Part shown: one piece after another, positions 10,383-19,900 of the stretch
Layout: every line of letters starts with the position of its first letter
Numbering within the stretch: position 1 is the stretch's first letter
Origin: Clostridiales bacterium
GTDB taxonomy: Bacteria > Bacillota > Clostridia > Christensenellales > CAG-138
Direction: 5' to 3'
Length of the DNA stretch: 64,000 bases
Assembly (NCBI GenBank): GCA_009779405.1
Contig: WREI01000006.1
Coordinates: 1,171-65,170 of the forward strand
Notes under the pieces: model-generated
The model's input: only the letters and a program-made list of their open reading frames with translations
Told to the model about the DNA's origin: nothing
Databases searched by the model: none
Position numbers and translations under genes: made by a program

Positions 10383-11350
10383 CACATATCCCCCCTATAC
10401 CAAGCAATCGCCCTCTCCATCCCCTCGGCAAACCCAAATATCGGGTCATACCCCAAAGTCTCCTTCGCTTTCGCAATATCCGCATTGCTGTGCGGAATAT
10501 CTCCGGCGCGCGGCGGGCCGAAGCGGGGCGTGGTGTTTACGCCGAGGGCCTTGCAGATGCCCGCGTAGACGGAGAGCAGGGTCTCGCGCCCGCCGCAGGC
10601 GATGTTATAGGCGTGACCGCAGGCGGACGCAGGGGCGGTCAGCGCCGCCAGATTCGCCTGCACGGCGTTGTCCACGTAGGTGAAGTCGCGGCTCTGCGTG
10701 CCGTCGCCGTCAATGGTGGGCGTCTCCCCGCGCAGCAGTTGGGCGATGAATTTGGGGATTACGGCGGCGTATGCCCCTGCGGGGTCCTGGCGCTGCCCGA
10801 ACACGTTGAAATAGCGCAGACCCACGGTTTCCAGCCCATAGTGCAGCGTATATTGCCGCGCGTATTCCTCGTTCACGCGCTTGGTGACCGCGTAGGGCGA
10901 GAGCAGGCGCCCCTCTTCGCCTTCGCGCTTGGGCAGCTTCGGCGCATCGCCGTAGACCGAGGAGGAAGACGCATAGACAAAGCGTTTCACGCCCGCTTCC
11001 CGCGCCGCTTCGAGCATATGGAGCGTACCGCGTATATTGATCTCCTCATAGAGCAGGGGCAGCTGCACACTGCGCGGCACGGAGCCCCAGGCCGCCTGAT
11101 GAGAGACATAGTCCATGCCCTCGCAGGCGCGGCGGCAGGTCTCGAAGTCCCGGATATCGCCCTCCATCAGCGCAAACTGCGGATGCGCCGTAAAGGCCGC
11201 GATATTCTCCCGCTTGCCCGTGGAGAAATTGTCTAAGCAGCGTACAAAATAGCCCTCTTGGAGCAGGGTCTCCACAAGGTTGCTTCCTATGAAGCCCGCG
11301 CCGCCCGTGACGAGCACGCGGGCATTTTTCGGCAATTTCGGCAGCTGCAT
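10382..11350 (-). CDS. NAD-dependent UDP-sugar 4-epimerase (TviC/WbpP-like)
   Basis: VLVTGGAGFIGSNL Rossmann motif and YAVTKRVNEEY (YxxxK). The ORF-track start 11362 is TTG. ATG 11350 (MQLPKLPK..) overlaps the upstream stop as TGATG. Confidence 0.8.
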   Translation of the reverse strand: MQLPKLPKNARVLVTGGAGFIGSNLVETLLQEGYFVRCLDNFSTGKRENIAAFTAHPQFALMEGDIRDFETCRRACEGMDYVSHQAAWGSVPRSVQLPLLYEEINIRGTLHMLEAAREAGVKRFVYASSSSVYGDAPKLPKREGEEGRLLSPYAVTKRVNEEYARQYTLHYGLETVGLRYFNVFGQRQDPAGAYAAVIPKFIAQLLRGETPTIDGDGTQSRDFTYVDNAVQANLAALTAPASACGHAYNIACGGRETLLSVYAGICKALGVNTTPRFGPPRAGDIPHSNADIAKAKETLGYDPIFGFAEGMERAIAWYRGDM

Positions 11351-12693
11351 CACAATCTCCAATAGGTATAGCCCGCGGCTTCCATCTCGCCGCGATTCAA
11401 AATGCCCTTGATATCCGCCAGCAGGCGGCAGCGCGGGCCATATAGCGCGGACAGCTTTTCCGCGTCCAGATCGCGGAACGCCTCATGCGCCACGGCGATA
11501 ATCACCGCGTCCATATCCGCAATCGCGGTCAACGGCACCAATTCCAGCCCGTAATGCGCCCTCGCTTCGGCGGCGTCGGCCACAGGGTCGCAGACAGGCG
11601 GCCGGATGCCGTGGCGACGCAGTTCTTCTATAATATCCGTCACGCGGGTGTTGCGCGTGTCGGGGCAGTTCTCCTTAAAGGTCAGGCCCAGGATGGCGAT
11701 TTTCGCCTCGCCGACGCTTACGCCCTGTGCAAAAAGCGCATCGATTACGCGCTCCGCGACATATTTCCCCATCCCGTCGTTGATGCGCCGCCCGGCGAGT
11801 ATCACCTGGCTCGCATAGCCCAATTCCTCGGCCTTATAGGTGAGATAATAGGGGTCGACGCCGATGCAGTGGCCGCCGACAAGCCCCGGATAGAATTGCA
11901 GGAAGTTCCACTTCGTACCAGCCGCGGCGAGCACATCCTTTGTATCGATCCCCATCCTGTCAAAGATGAGGGAGAGCTCATTCATAAAGGCGATATTGAT
12001 ATCGCGCTGGCTGTTTTCGATGACCTTGGCTGCTTCGGCCACGCGTATCGTGGGCGCACGATGCACGCCCGCGTAGACCACCAGCTCATAGACGCGCGCA
12101 ACGGTATCCAGCGTTGCTTCATCCATGCCCGATACGATCTTGATGATGCTCTCCAAGCGGTGCGCGCGATCGCCCGGATTGATGCGCTCGGGCGAATAAC
12201 CCACAAAGAAGTCGCGCCCGCAGACCAGATTGCTCTCGCGCTCCAAAATAGGCACGCAAATCTCCTCGGTAACGCCGGGATAGACCGTCGACTCATAGAC
12301 CACGATGCTCCCCGCCCGTAAATACTTGCCCAGGGTCTCACTCGCACTGCGCAGGGGTCGCAGATCGGGGCTGTGGTCGGCATACACAGGGGTCGGCACG
12401 GCGACGATATGAAATTCCGCTTCCGCCAGCGCTGTCGCATCCGCGCTAAAGCGCAGTGTGCTCTGCGCCAAAACGTCATCGCCCACCTCGCCCGTGGCGT
12501 CGCGCCCGGCCATATATTGCGCCACCTTCGCGGTATTGCTGTCATAGCCGATCACTTGCAGTTTCTTCGCAAAAGCGACGGCGATAGGCAACCCAACATA
12601 GCCCAGGCCGATGACAGAGAGGGTTGCTTGTTTGGCTATGAGACGGTCGTATAGTTCCAAACTATATATCCTCTTTCTTCGCGGGCGAGGCAT
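11350..12693 (-). CDS. UDP-N-acetyl-hexosamine 6-dehydrogenase (TviB/WbpO-like nucleotide-sugar dehydrogenase)
   Basis: LSVIGLGYVGLPIAVAF NAD fold and the GGHCIGVDPYY catalytic-Cys motif. ATG 12693 lies inside a palindromic repeat. An alternative start is TTG 12660, 8 nt after AAGAGGA. Confidence 0.8.
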   Translation of the reverse strand: MPRPRRKRIYSLELYDRLIAKQATLSVIGLGYVGLPIAVAFAKKLQVIGYDSNTAKVAQYMAGRDATGEVGDDVLAQSTLRFSADATALAEAEFHIVAVPTPVYADHSPDLRPLRSASETLGKYLRAGSIVVYESTVYPGVTEEICVPILERESNLVCGRDFFVGYSPERINPGDRAHRLESIIKIVSGMDEATLDTVARVYELVVYAGVHRAPTIRVAEAAKVIENSQRDINIAFMNELSLIFDRMGIDTKDVLAAAGTKWNFLQFYPGLVGGHCIGVDPYYLTYKAEELGYASQVILAGRRINDGMGKYVAERVIDALFAQGVSVGEAKIAILGLTFKENCPDTRNTRVTDIIEELRRHGIRPPVCDPVADAAEARAHYGLELVPLTAIADMDAVIIAVAHEAFRDLDAEKLSALYGPRCRLLADIKGILNRGEMEAAGYTYWRL

Positions 12694-12732
12694 GCCTCGC
12701 CCCTACACGGGCGGATGATATCCGCCCCTACG
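12681..12732 (-). repeat. Two tandem GTAGGGGCG-type palindromic (REP-like) units
   Basis: The minus strand reads cGTAGGGGCGGATATCATCCGCCCgtGTAGGGGCGAGGCATGCCTCGCCCgc. The units lie between the GT4 gene and the tviB-like gene, and the second hairpin contains ATG 12693. Confidence 0.8.
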
Positions 12733-12735
12733 ATT

Positions 12736-13866
12736 TTATGTTCCCAATAGTTCCTCCAAAATCACCCGGTTCACTTCCCGCACGTCAAAGCGTTCCTGTG
12801 CGTATTCGCGGCTGCGCTTGCCCATGCGCTTGGCTAATTCACGGTCGCCCGCCAGCTTGCGCATGGCGTCGGCCAGGGCGTCCACATTGCCCACGGGGAG
12901 CAGGAATCCGTTCCTTCCGTCGCGTACCGTCTCGCGGCAGCCGGGCGCGTCGGTGGTGATGATGGCCCGTCCCGTCGCCATCGCTTCCAATGCCGAGCGC
13001 GGCGTACCCTCGTGGTGGGAGGGGAGGACAAAGGCATAACAGTCGCAGAGCGCGGGGCGTATATCTTTCAAAAAGCCCAAAAACTGCACGCTGCCGTCCC
13101 GGATATAGGGCTCCACATCCTCGGGCTGCATCGCGCTCGGGTTGCTGTCATAATAGCCCGCCATCGCAAAGGTCGCGGGCAGGCCCTCCCGCGTCAGGCG
13201 CCGCGCCGCTTCCAAAAACTCCGGCAGACCCTTATCGGCCAAAAAGCGGCCCACAAAGAGGAAACGCTTTTCGTTCGGCAGGGGCGTCGGCAGAAAATTC
13301 TCCAAATTGACCCCGCTGCCGTTCAAAATGCGCAGCTTATCGGGATCCACAATGCCGCCGTCGACAAAGAGCTTCGCGTTGTCCGGGTTCTGAAAGAAGA
13401 CTGTCCGCGCCCGCTTCAGCGCGTAACGATATTGAAAGAGCAGCAGGCGGCGCAAGAGCTTGCCGCGCAGATCCGTCCCCCTGTGCATCAGCACGGAACC
13501 CAAACCGTTGATCAGCGCGAAGCGCGCCGGAACCTTCGCCACCTTCGCCGCAGGCAGTCCGTAGACCACAGCCTTGGCGTGGAAGCAGAAGAGCAGGTCC
13601 GGTTGCAGCGCCTGCAGCACCTTCTTCACCGCCCGCGCCGCCTTGATATCCGCCGAAACCTTGGTGCCGTTGCGATCCAAGGGTACGGGGATGAAGGACA
13701 GCCCCTCGGCCAGCAGCGCGCGCTCCGTCTTCGGATCCGCTGGTGCCAGCACGGTCGTCTCCAAACCCGCCCGCATAAAGTCGCGCAGCAGGTCCAAACG
13801 CAAAGTCAGGAGCGTCGGCGCATCGCAACAGAGCACGGCCACCTTTTTATGTACATTTTCCGCCAT
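12736..13866 (-). CDS. Glycosyltransferase family 4 (GT-B)
   Basis: C-terminal EGTPRSALEAMATGRAIITTDAPGCRETV (E-x7-E signature). Confidence 0.85.
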   Translation of the reverse strand: MAENVHKKVAVLCCDAPTLLTLRLDLLRDFMRAGLETTVLAPADPKTERALLAEGLSFIPVPLDRNGTKVSADIKAARAVKKVLQALQPDLLFCFHAKAVVYGLPAAKVAKVPARFALINGLGSVLMHRGTDLRGKLLRRLLLFQYRYALKRARTVFFQNPDNAKLFVDGGIVDPDKLRILNGSGVNLENFLPTPLPNEKRFLFVGRFLADKGLPEFLEAARRLTREGLPATFAMAGYYDSNPSAMQPEDVEPYIRDGSVQFLGFLKDIRPALCDCYAFVLPSHHEGTPRSALEAMATGRAIITTDAPGCRETVRDGRNGFLLPVGNVDALADAMRKLAGDRELAKRMGKRSREYAQERFDVREVNRVILEELLGT

Positions 13867-13948
13867 ATATATACCCCACCCACAATATCACATACAGTAT
13901 ACTCGAAAACGTTCGATTATTCAATGCCCTGCGTATAACAAATACGCA

Positions 13949-14878
13949 TTATACAAACCGCTTCAAATACCCGCTCAAGTTCCCATACGCAATCGCATAG
14001 ATATCCACGTCGCGCAGTCCCGCTTCCTGCAAGGCGCGGCAAAGACGGTGAAAGTCCAGTGCGTTCTTCAAATCCTTGGGATAGGAGGTCATGCCGTCGA
14101 AATCCGAGCCGAGACAGCAGCAGCCCACGCCCCCCACGCGTATCATGTGCAGGATGTGCCGCACGATATCGGCGATGGCGCAGGCTTTGCTGCCCGTCAA
14201 TTGCGGGCCGTAGAAATTGACGCCGATCACGCCGCCGCGTGCGGCAATCGCCGCGATATGCTCGTCGCTGATGCAGCGTTTCGCGCCGCAGAGGGTGCGG
14301 GCATTGCTGTGTGAAGCATAGACGGGCAAGCTTGACAGGTGCAGGGCGTCCTCAATCCCCTCGTCGCAGAGATGCGAAACGTCCAAGGCCATGCCTATCG
14401 CGTTCATCTCCGCCAAAATCTCCCGCCCAAGGGAAGTGAGTCCCTTCTGTTTGCGTCCCGCGGCGGCCCCGGCCAATTCGTTGTCCGTGTTCCAGGTCAG
14501 GGCCAGCGCGCGCGCGCCCAGCCGATAGAAATTGCGCAATACGGCCTTGCCGGCCGCTATGCACTCCCCGCCCTCGATGGTCAGCAGCGTGGCGATCTTG
14601 CCGCTCTGCGGCGTATAATCCGCCGAAAAGGGCGTCAGGTCGTCCGCGTATTTTTCCAGCATTCTGTGATAGGCGTCGATCATAGAAAGAGCCTGCAGTT
14701 CCGGGCTCAAGCGCAGGTTCTCGTCCGTCCAAACCGCAAAGCATTGCAGCGCGACATGCCCGCCGCGCAGATGCTTCAGGGTCGTCACCTGCTCCCGCCG
14801 CTGGCTGCCTAAGTCATAACCGTGTTCCATCGCCCCGTATAGAAAATCGCAGTGCGCGTCCGCGATCGGAAAAATCAT
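13949..14878 (-). CDS. Membrane dipeptidase (peptidase M19 family)
   Basis: IADAHCDFL, YASHSNAR and LGSDFDG are metal-ligand motifs of the renal-dipeptidase family. Confidence 0.8.
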   Translation of the reverse strand: MIFPIADAHCDFLYGAMEHGYDLGSQRREQVTTLKHLRGGHVALQCFAVWTDENLRLSPELQALSMIDAYHRMLEKYADDLTPFSADYTPQSGKIATLLTIEGGECIAAGKAVLRNFYRLGARALALTWNTDNELAGAAAGRKQKGLTSLGREILAEMNAIGMALDVSHLCDEGIEDALHLSSLPVYASHSNARTLCGAKRCISDEHIAAIAARGGVIGVNFYGPQLTGSKACAIADIVRHILHMIRVGGVGCCCLGSDFDGMTSYPKDLKNALDFHRLCRALQEAGLRDVDIYAIAYGNLSGYLKRFV

Positions 14879-14905
14879 ACCAATACCCCATTCAAAATGT
14901 CTTGT

Positions 14906-14931
14906 AAAAAAAGGGTATGCCGTGCATACCC
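14906..14931 (-). terminator. Rho-independent terminator after rny
   Basis: The minus strand reads GGGTATGCacgGCATACCC followed by TTTTTTTT, about 20 nt after the rny stop. Confidence 0.8.
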
Positions 14932-14952
14932 GTATGTTGCAATCAATAGGCT

Positions 14953-16503
14953 TTACTTCGCGAAGTCCACGGTCCTTGTTTCCCGGATCACATTGACTTT
15001 AATCTGCCCCGGATATTCTAATTCCGCTTCGATGCGCTTGGCGATCTCCTTGGCCAAGAGGGCCGTATCCGCATCGCTCACGCGCTCGGGCTTGACGACC
15101 ACGCGCACCTCGCGCCCGGCCTGGATGGCGAAGGTGGTGTCCACGCCGTCAAAGCTGTTCGCGATCTCTTCGAGCTTCTCCAAACGCTTGATATAGGTCT
15201 CGAGCGTCTCGCGCCGCGCGCCCGGTCTGGCCGCCGAGATGGCGTCCGCCGCCTGCACCAGCACGGCCTCGATGCTGTTTGGCTCAATGTCCCCGTGGTG
15301 CGCGAGTATGCAGTGGATAACATGGTTGCTCTCGCGGTATTTCTTCGCGATATCCGCGCCGATCTGCGTATGCGTACCCTCGACCTCGTGGTCGATGGAC
15401 TTGCCGATGTCGTGCAGCAGGCCCGCGCGCTTGGCCAATGAGATATTCGCGCCCACTTCGGCGGCCATGATGCCCGCCAGATGCGCGACCTCGATGGAAT
15501 GCTTCAATACGTTCTGTCCGTAGCTCGTGCGATAGCGCATGCGGCCCAGCAGGCGCACGAGCTCGTGGTGCAGACCGCCCACGCCGGAATCGAGCACGGT
15601 CTGTTCGCCCGCTTCGCGGATCTGCGTATCGACCTCGCGGCGCGCCTTCTCCACCAGCTCTTCGATGCGGGCGGGGTGTATGCGCCCGTCCATGATCAGC
15701 TTTTCGAGTGCGATGCGCGCGATCTCGCGGCGCACCGGGTCGAAGGCGGAGAGTATGACGGCTTCGGGCGTATCGTCGATGATCAGGTCGCAGCCCGTCG
15801 CCGTCTCGAGCGCGCGGATATTGCGGCCCTCGCGGCCGATGATGCGGCCCTTCATATCGTCGTTCGGCAGGGGTACGACGGAGACCGTGGTCTCGGCCAC
15901 ATGGTCGGCGGCACAGCGCTGTATGGCCAATGTAACGATGTTGCGCGCGCGCTTGTCGGCCTCCTCCTTGGCCTTTTGCTCGATATCGCGGACGAGTATG
16001 GCCGCGTCGCGGTGGGCCTCCTGCTCCACGCTGGTAATCAGCAGTTCCTTGGCGGCTTCCTGGGTCAGTCCCGAAATGCTCTCCAAACGCTTCAGCTGTT
16101 CGTTGCGCAGGGCGTTGATCTCGGCTTCCGCGCGGTCTATCGCGGCCAGGCGCTCGTTAGATCGGTTTTCGCGCGTCTCCAAGACTTCCTGTTTCTTGTC
16201 GAGGTTCTCCTCGCGCGTGGCGAGACGGCGTTCGACGCGCAGTACCTCGGCGCGGCGCTCACGGACTTCCTTCTCCGCTTCGGTCTTGGTTCGGAGGGCC
16301 TCCTCCTTGGCTTCCAATATCCTCTCTTTGCGTATCTCTTCGGCCTTGCGCTGGGCCTCTTCATAGAGACGTTTCACCGATTGCTCGGCGGTTTCAATCT
16401 TGGCTTCGGCGACCTTCTTGCGGTAATAGAACCCGCAGGCATAGGCGGCAATCGCCGCAACGGCGGCAACAATGAGCCAAATCCACCAGAATCCTTCAAA
16501 CAT
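14953..16503 (-). CDS. rny: Ribonuclease Y
   Basis: N-terminal TM helix, a Lys/Glu coiled coil, a KH motif ([15 protein letters not shown]) and an HD motif (LLHDIGK). ATG 16503 is preceded by GGAGAG. The ORF-track start 16563 adds 20 unlikely residues. Confidence 0.95.
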   Translation of the reverse strand: MFEGFWWIWLIVAAVAAIAAYACGFYYRKKVAEAKIETAEQSVKRLYEEAQRKAEEIRKERILEAKEEALRTKTEAEKEVRERRAEVLRVERRLATREENLDKKQEVLETRENRSNERLAAIDRAEAEINALRNEQLKRLESISGLTQEAAKELLITSVEQEAHRDAAILVRDIEQKAKEEADKRARNIVTLAIQRCAADHVAETTVSVVPLPNDDMKGRIIGREGRNIRALETATGCDLIIDDTPEAVILSAFDPVRREIARIALEKLIMDGRIHPARIEELVEKARREVDTQIREAGEQTVLDSGVGGLHHELVRLLGRMRYRTSYGQNVLKHSIEVAHLAGIMAAEVGANISLAKRAGLLHDIGKSIDHEVEGTHTQIGADIAKKYRESNHVIHCILAHHGDIEPNSIEAVLVQAADAISAARPGARRETLETYIKRLEKLEEIANSFDGVDTTFAIQAGREVRVVVKPERVSDADTALLAKEIAKRIEAELEYPGQIKVNVIRETRTVDFAK

Positions 16504-16937
16504 AATTTTTCTCTCCGAATCTATAACAATAATATAACCGGGCCGTGCTGCCCGGTTATGCAAACAAAACGACGCGTCAGTTCGCGGGAATAATAGACAG
16601 AATACGCCCTGCGTAACGGATGTATATATGAGCCCTGCGGATAAACGTCCGCTCCGCTCAAAAAAAGTTCTGTAAATCTATATCCCAACACGTGCGGCAG
16701 CACATGATTACTCATAGGTTACAATAACAGAGCTTGGGAATCTTGTCAAGAAAAATTTAGCAGTGGCAGCATGCCGCGCGCCGTACACATTACCGCCGTC
16801 CCCCAAAATCCCCTTTTATACTGCAAAAACATGAATAAACCCGCTATTTTCCGTAAAGAAACCATGAATTCCCGAATGCGCCTACATATTTTATGTATAG
16901 TGTGTCCACATATAACATTTTCTGTAGGGAGAGCAGT

Positions 16938-19900
16938 ATGTTTATTTTGAAAAAGACGAGACGCACGCTCTGCGCGCTGCTGGCGGCCTTGCTCTGTGCG
17001 GCCGCGTTGCCTTTCGGTGTCCTGAGCCGTGCCGTCAGCTTTGCAGGAAATCTGGACGACCCCGACTGCTCGGCGTGGCGGCCCATTGGCGGGGGTACGA
17101 TCTTCGATATCGAGGCGGACGCGCAGACGGGTGGTTCCTCGGTTTCGCAGGATATCGTTGGCAACGCCGAATATCCGCCCGCCTACATGCAGTTCAGCGA
17201 GAGCGGCGACGCAATCGCCGTGCGCATACGCGTCGACGGCACAGACAGCCCCGCGCCCAACCTGCAATTCAAACGCTTTGCGCATGTGGGCATAGATGTG
17301 GACGGCGACGGCGCGATGGATTTCTACATGGGTACCTATAACCCGACGGGCAATTCCGGGCGCATGGGCATTTACCTCGCCGACCCCGCGCTGGCCAACA
17401 CCGGCCCGAGCAACGCGGGCGTCACAAAGCCCATCGCCTCCTATCAGCCGCGGGCGGGGGAGAACTATTCCTTTATCGAGGTGGGTGTCGGAAGCAACGG
17501 CTTTTCCGGCAACGAGGATTATTTCATCAGCTTTGTATTCACATTGGAGGATATCAACGCCGCGCTCATCAAGGCGGGCAAGCCGGAACTCTGTCTCACG
17601 CCGACCACCTCCTTCTATTTTTGCGCAGGCACGGCCATGCAGGACAACACCTTGAACGCGGATATCTGCGGCATGGACGGCATCGAGAACGGCCCCTGGC
17701 CCAATATCCCGCCCATCTCCACGGATGGCGCGGAATATTTTATCGTGACCTATGACAACAGCATCGGCGACTCCGAGGCCGCCCCGCGCACGATCCCCTT
17801 CAAGGAGGATGTGCAGACGAAGCAGGCGACGGCGGACCGCTATCCCGCGACCAACCCGAAAAAGCGCGTCACGGCGGACGGCAAGAGCTGGACCTTCGAG
17901 GGCTGGAGCACGACAAACCCCTATGACGAGAACGGCGACTTCATCGGTCCCGTCACCCCCTTTACCGTACCCGCGGCCATCGGCGCGAACATAACGGTCT
18001 ATGCGGTGTGGCAGAGCCACGACAGCGAACAGGTGGTGGAGGACCTCGTCGTCCACTTCAACCCCGGCGGCGGCACATGGACAGGTTCGGATATACAGGA
18101 TGGCCACAACAACTATTGGCACATCGAATCGGATGACGGCATCATTCCCTTCATGCCGCCCAACCCCGGCACGGCGGGGCTTCCCTCCCTGACGGGCCAA
18201 AACATCTATGTATTTGGCGGGTGGGTAACCACTTTCCAGGTATACGGAAAGGGCAGCAATCCCAACATTGTAGTGCTTTCCGACGGTTCTACGGGCGCGA
18301 TCGGCGAGCTGAATTTCCACATTTGGAGCAACCTGGTCAGCGAATTGATGACGCCCAACCAAGCGGGCATAGCGTCCTTGGCGGGGCATGGAGATGAACC
18401 CACGGTCTATGCCCTGTGGCTGGTGGTGCAGGGAAACAAGATTCCCTACAAAATAAATTTCTACGACAACATATATACGGGTACGCCCGTTGCCCCGGTC
18501 TACGGCACCCTCCTGTACGCAATTTTCGGCGCGAATGGCGGTAAGACAAACTATTCGCCGATGGCGCCGACGCGGCAGGGCTATGCCTTCCGTGGCTGGG
18601 ACACAAACCCCAATGGCACGGGTACGCGCTATGAGGATCCGTATAATGGCGCAAGCGCCCTGATCACGACGATCTCGCTGTCGGCGGATATGAACCTCTA
18701 CGCCATCTGGGAGCCCGCGCAGTACGCGCTGCAATTCCTGCCAAACAGCGTGGATATGAACGGCAACGCCCTGATCGGTCTGCCGCAGGGCAGCTTCGGC
18801 GGCATACTCTGCCCGCCCGCCACGGACGGCATCAAATATCCCGCATTTCCCGCCGCGCCGATGCTTGCGGGCTACACGTTCAAGGGCTGGAACACCGACT
18901 CCGACGCGTTCGGCTATTGGGTGAATTATGACGCGCAGAGCGCCGCTTACAGCGGCGAGAATATCACGCCCGGCGGCAATCTCCGCTATTCCCTGCTCGA
19001 CTATGCCGTGCCGGAAAACCTCCTCCCCGGCACGGTTCCGGAGGCCTATAATCGTCTCTATGCCATCTGGGAGAAGGATGTGACGTCAGGCGACGAATAT
19101 TCCGTCGTCTTCTATGCCAACGGCTATGAAGCGGATGAACTGACCCCCGAAACGGGCGGCCTGTTCACGGACGGCGTATCACTGACCCTGGCCATCCCGG
19201 TCGTGGACAACCATGTGCCGGGCGCGCACTATGCGACTTTCGCGCCGCCGACGAAGGAGGGCTATGTCTTCGTCGGCTGGAGCTATCAAAGCGATCCCAA
19301 GCGCGCGGCGGCCTTCTTCCATCCCGCCGCGAGCGAGCTGATTTTTCTGGGCCAGACCAATGTCTACGCGGTCTGGACGCCGATCCCCGATATCTATACC
19401 GTCGCCTTCCACCCGAATAGCGGCGCCTGGCCCGAGGAGAACCCGGACTATATCGCCGAGCTCCCGAACGGCCTGAATGGTCCCATCGAGGTGGAAACGG
19501 ACTATTTCGGCATGGTCGTCTATGTCCCCTATTCCGCCAATCCGACGGGTCCTGTGAAGGAGGACTTCGTGTTCATGGGCTGGAATCTCGCGCCTGACGG
19601 CTCCGGCGCGGTCTTCCTCTCCGACACGGAGGTGACGGCCTACACGCAATACCTCGTCAGCGACCCGAACGATGCGGGCAAAAAACTGCTGCCGGTCTAC
19701 GCCCAGTGGCAGAGCGCGCTGGTGGGTACGGTGCTCGTCGTCTTCTATCGCAACGACGGCAGCACGGGCAACGGCGCGTACTATATCGATCTGACGCACT
19801 ATACCGAACAATATACACCCTGGCCCGCGGGTACGACGATCCAGGAGCCCCTCAATCCCGACAACGGCAAGGGCTGGACCTTTGCGGGCTGGTATAAGGA

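Noticed and set aside
15481-16593. 370-aa and 275-aa plus-strand ORFs antisense to rny.
   Set aside because: The minus-strand frame has unmistakable RNase Y KH and HD motifs. The antisense frames are low-complexity Arg/Ala/Leu or Ser/Arg sequence.
16746-18734. A 662-aa minus-strand ORF antisense to the giant surface-protein gene.
   Set aside because: Its composition is Arg/Gly/Ala/Val-rich with no motifs, no RBS and no signal. The plus-strand frame carries clear repeats and a signal peptide. This is a typical antisense artefact of high-G+C coding DNA. The same applies to 19179..20846.
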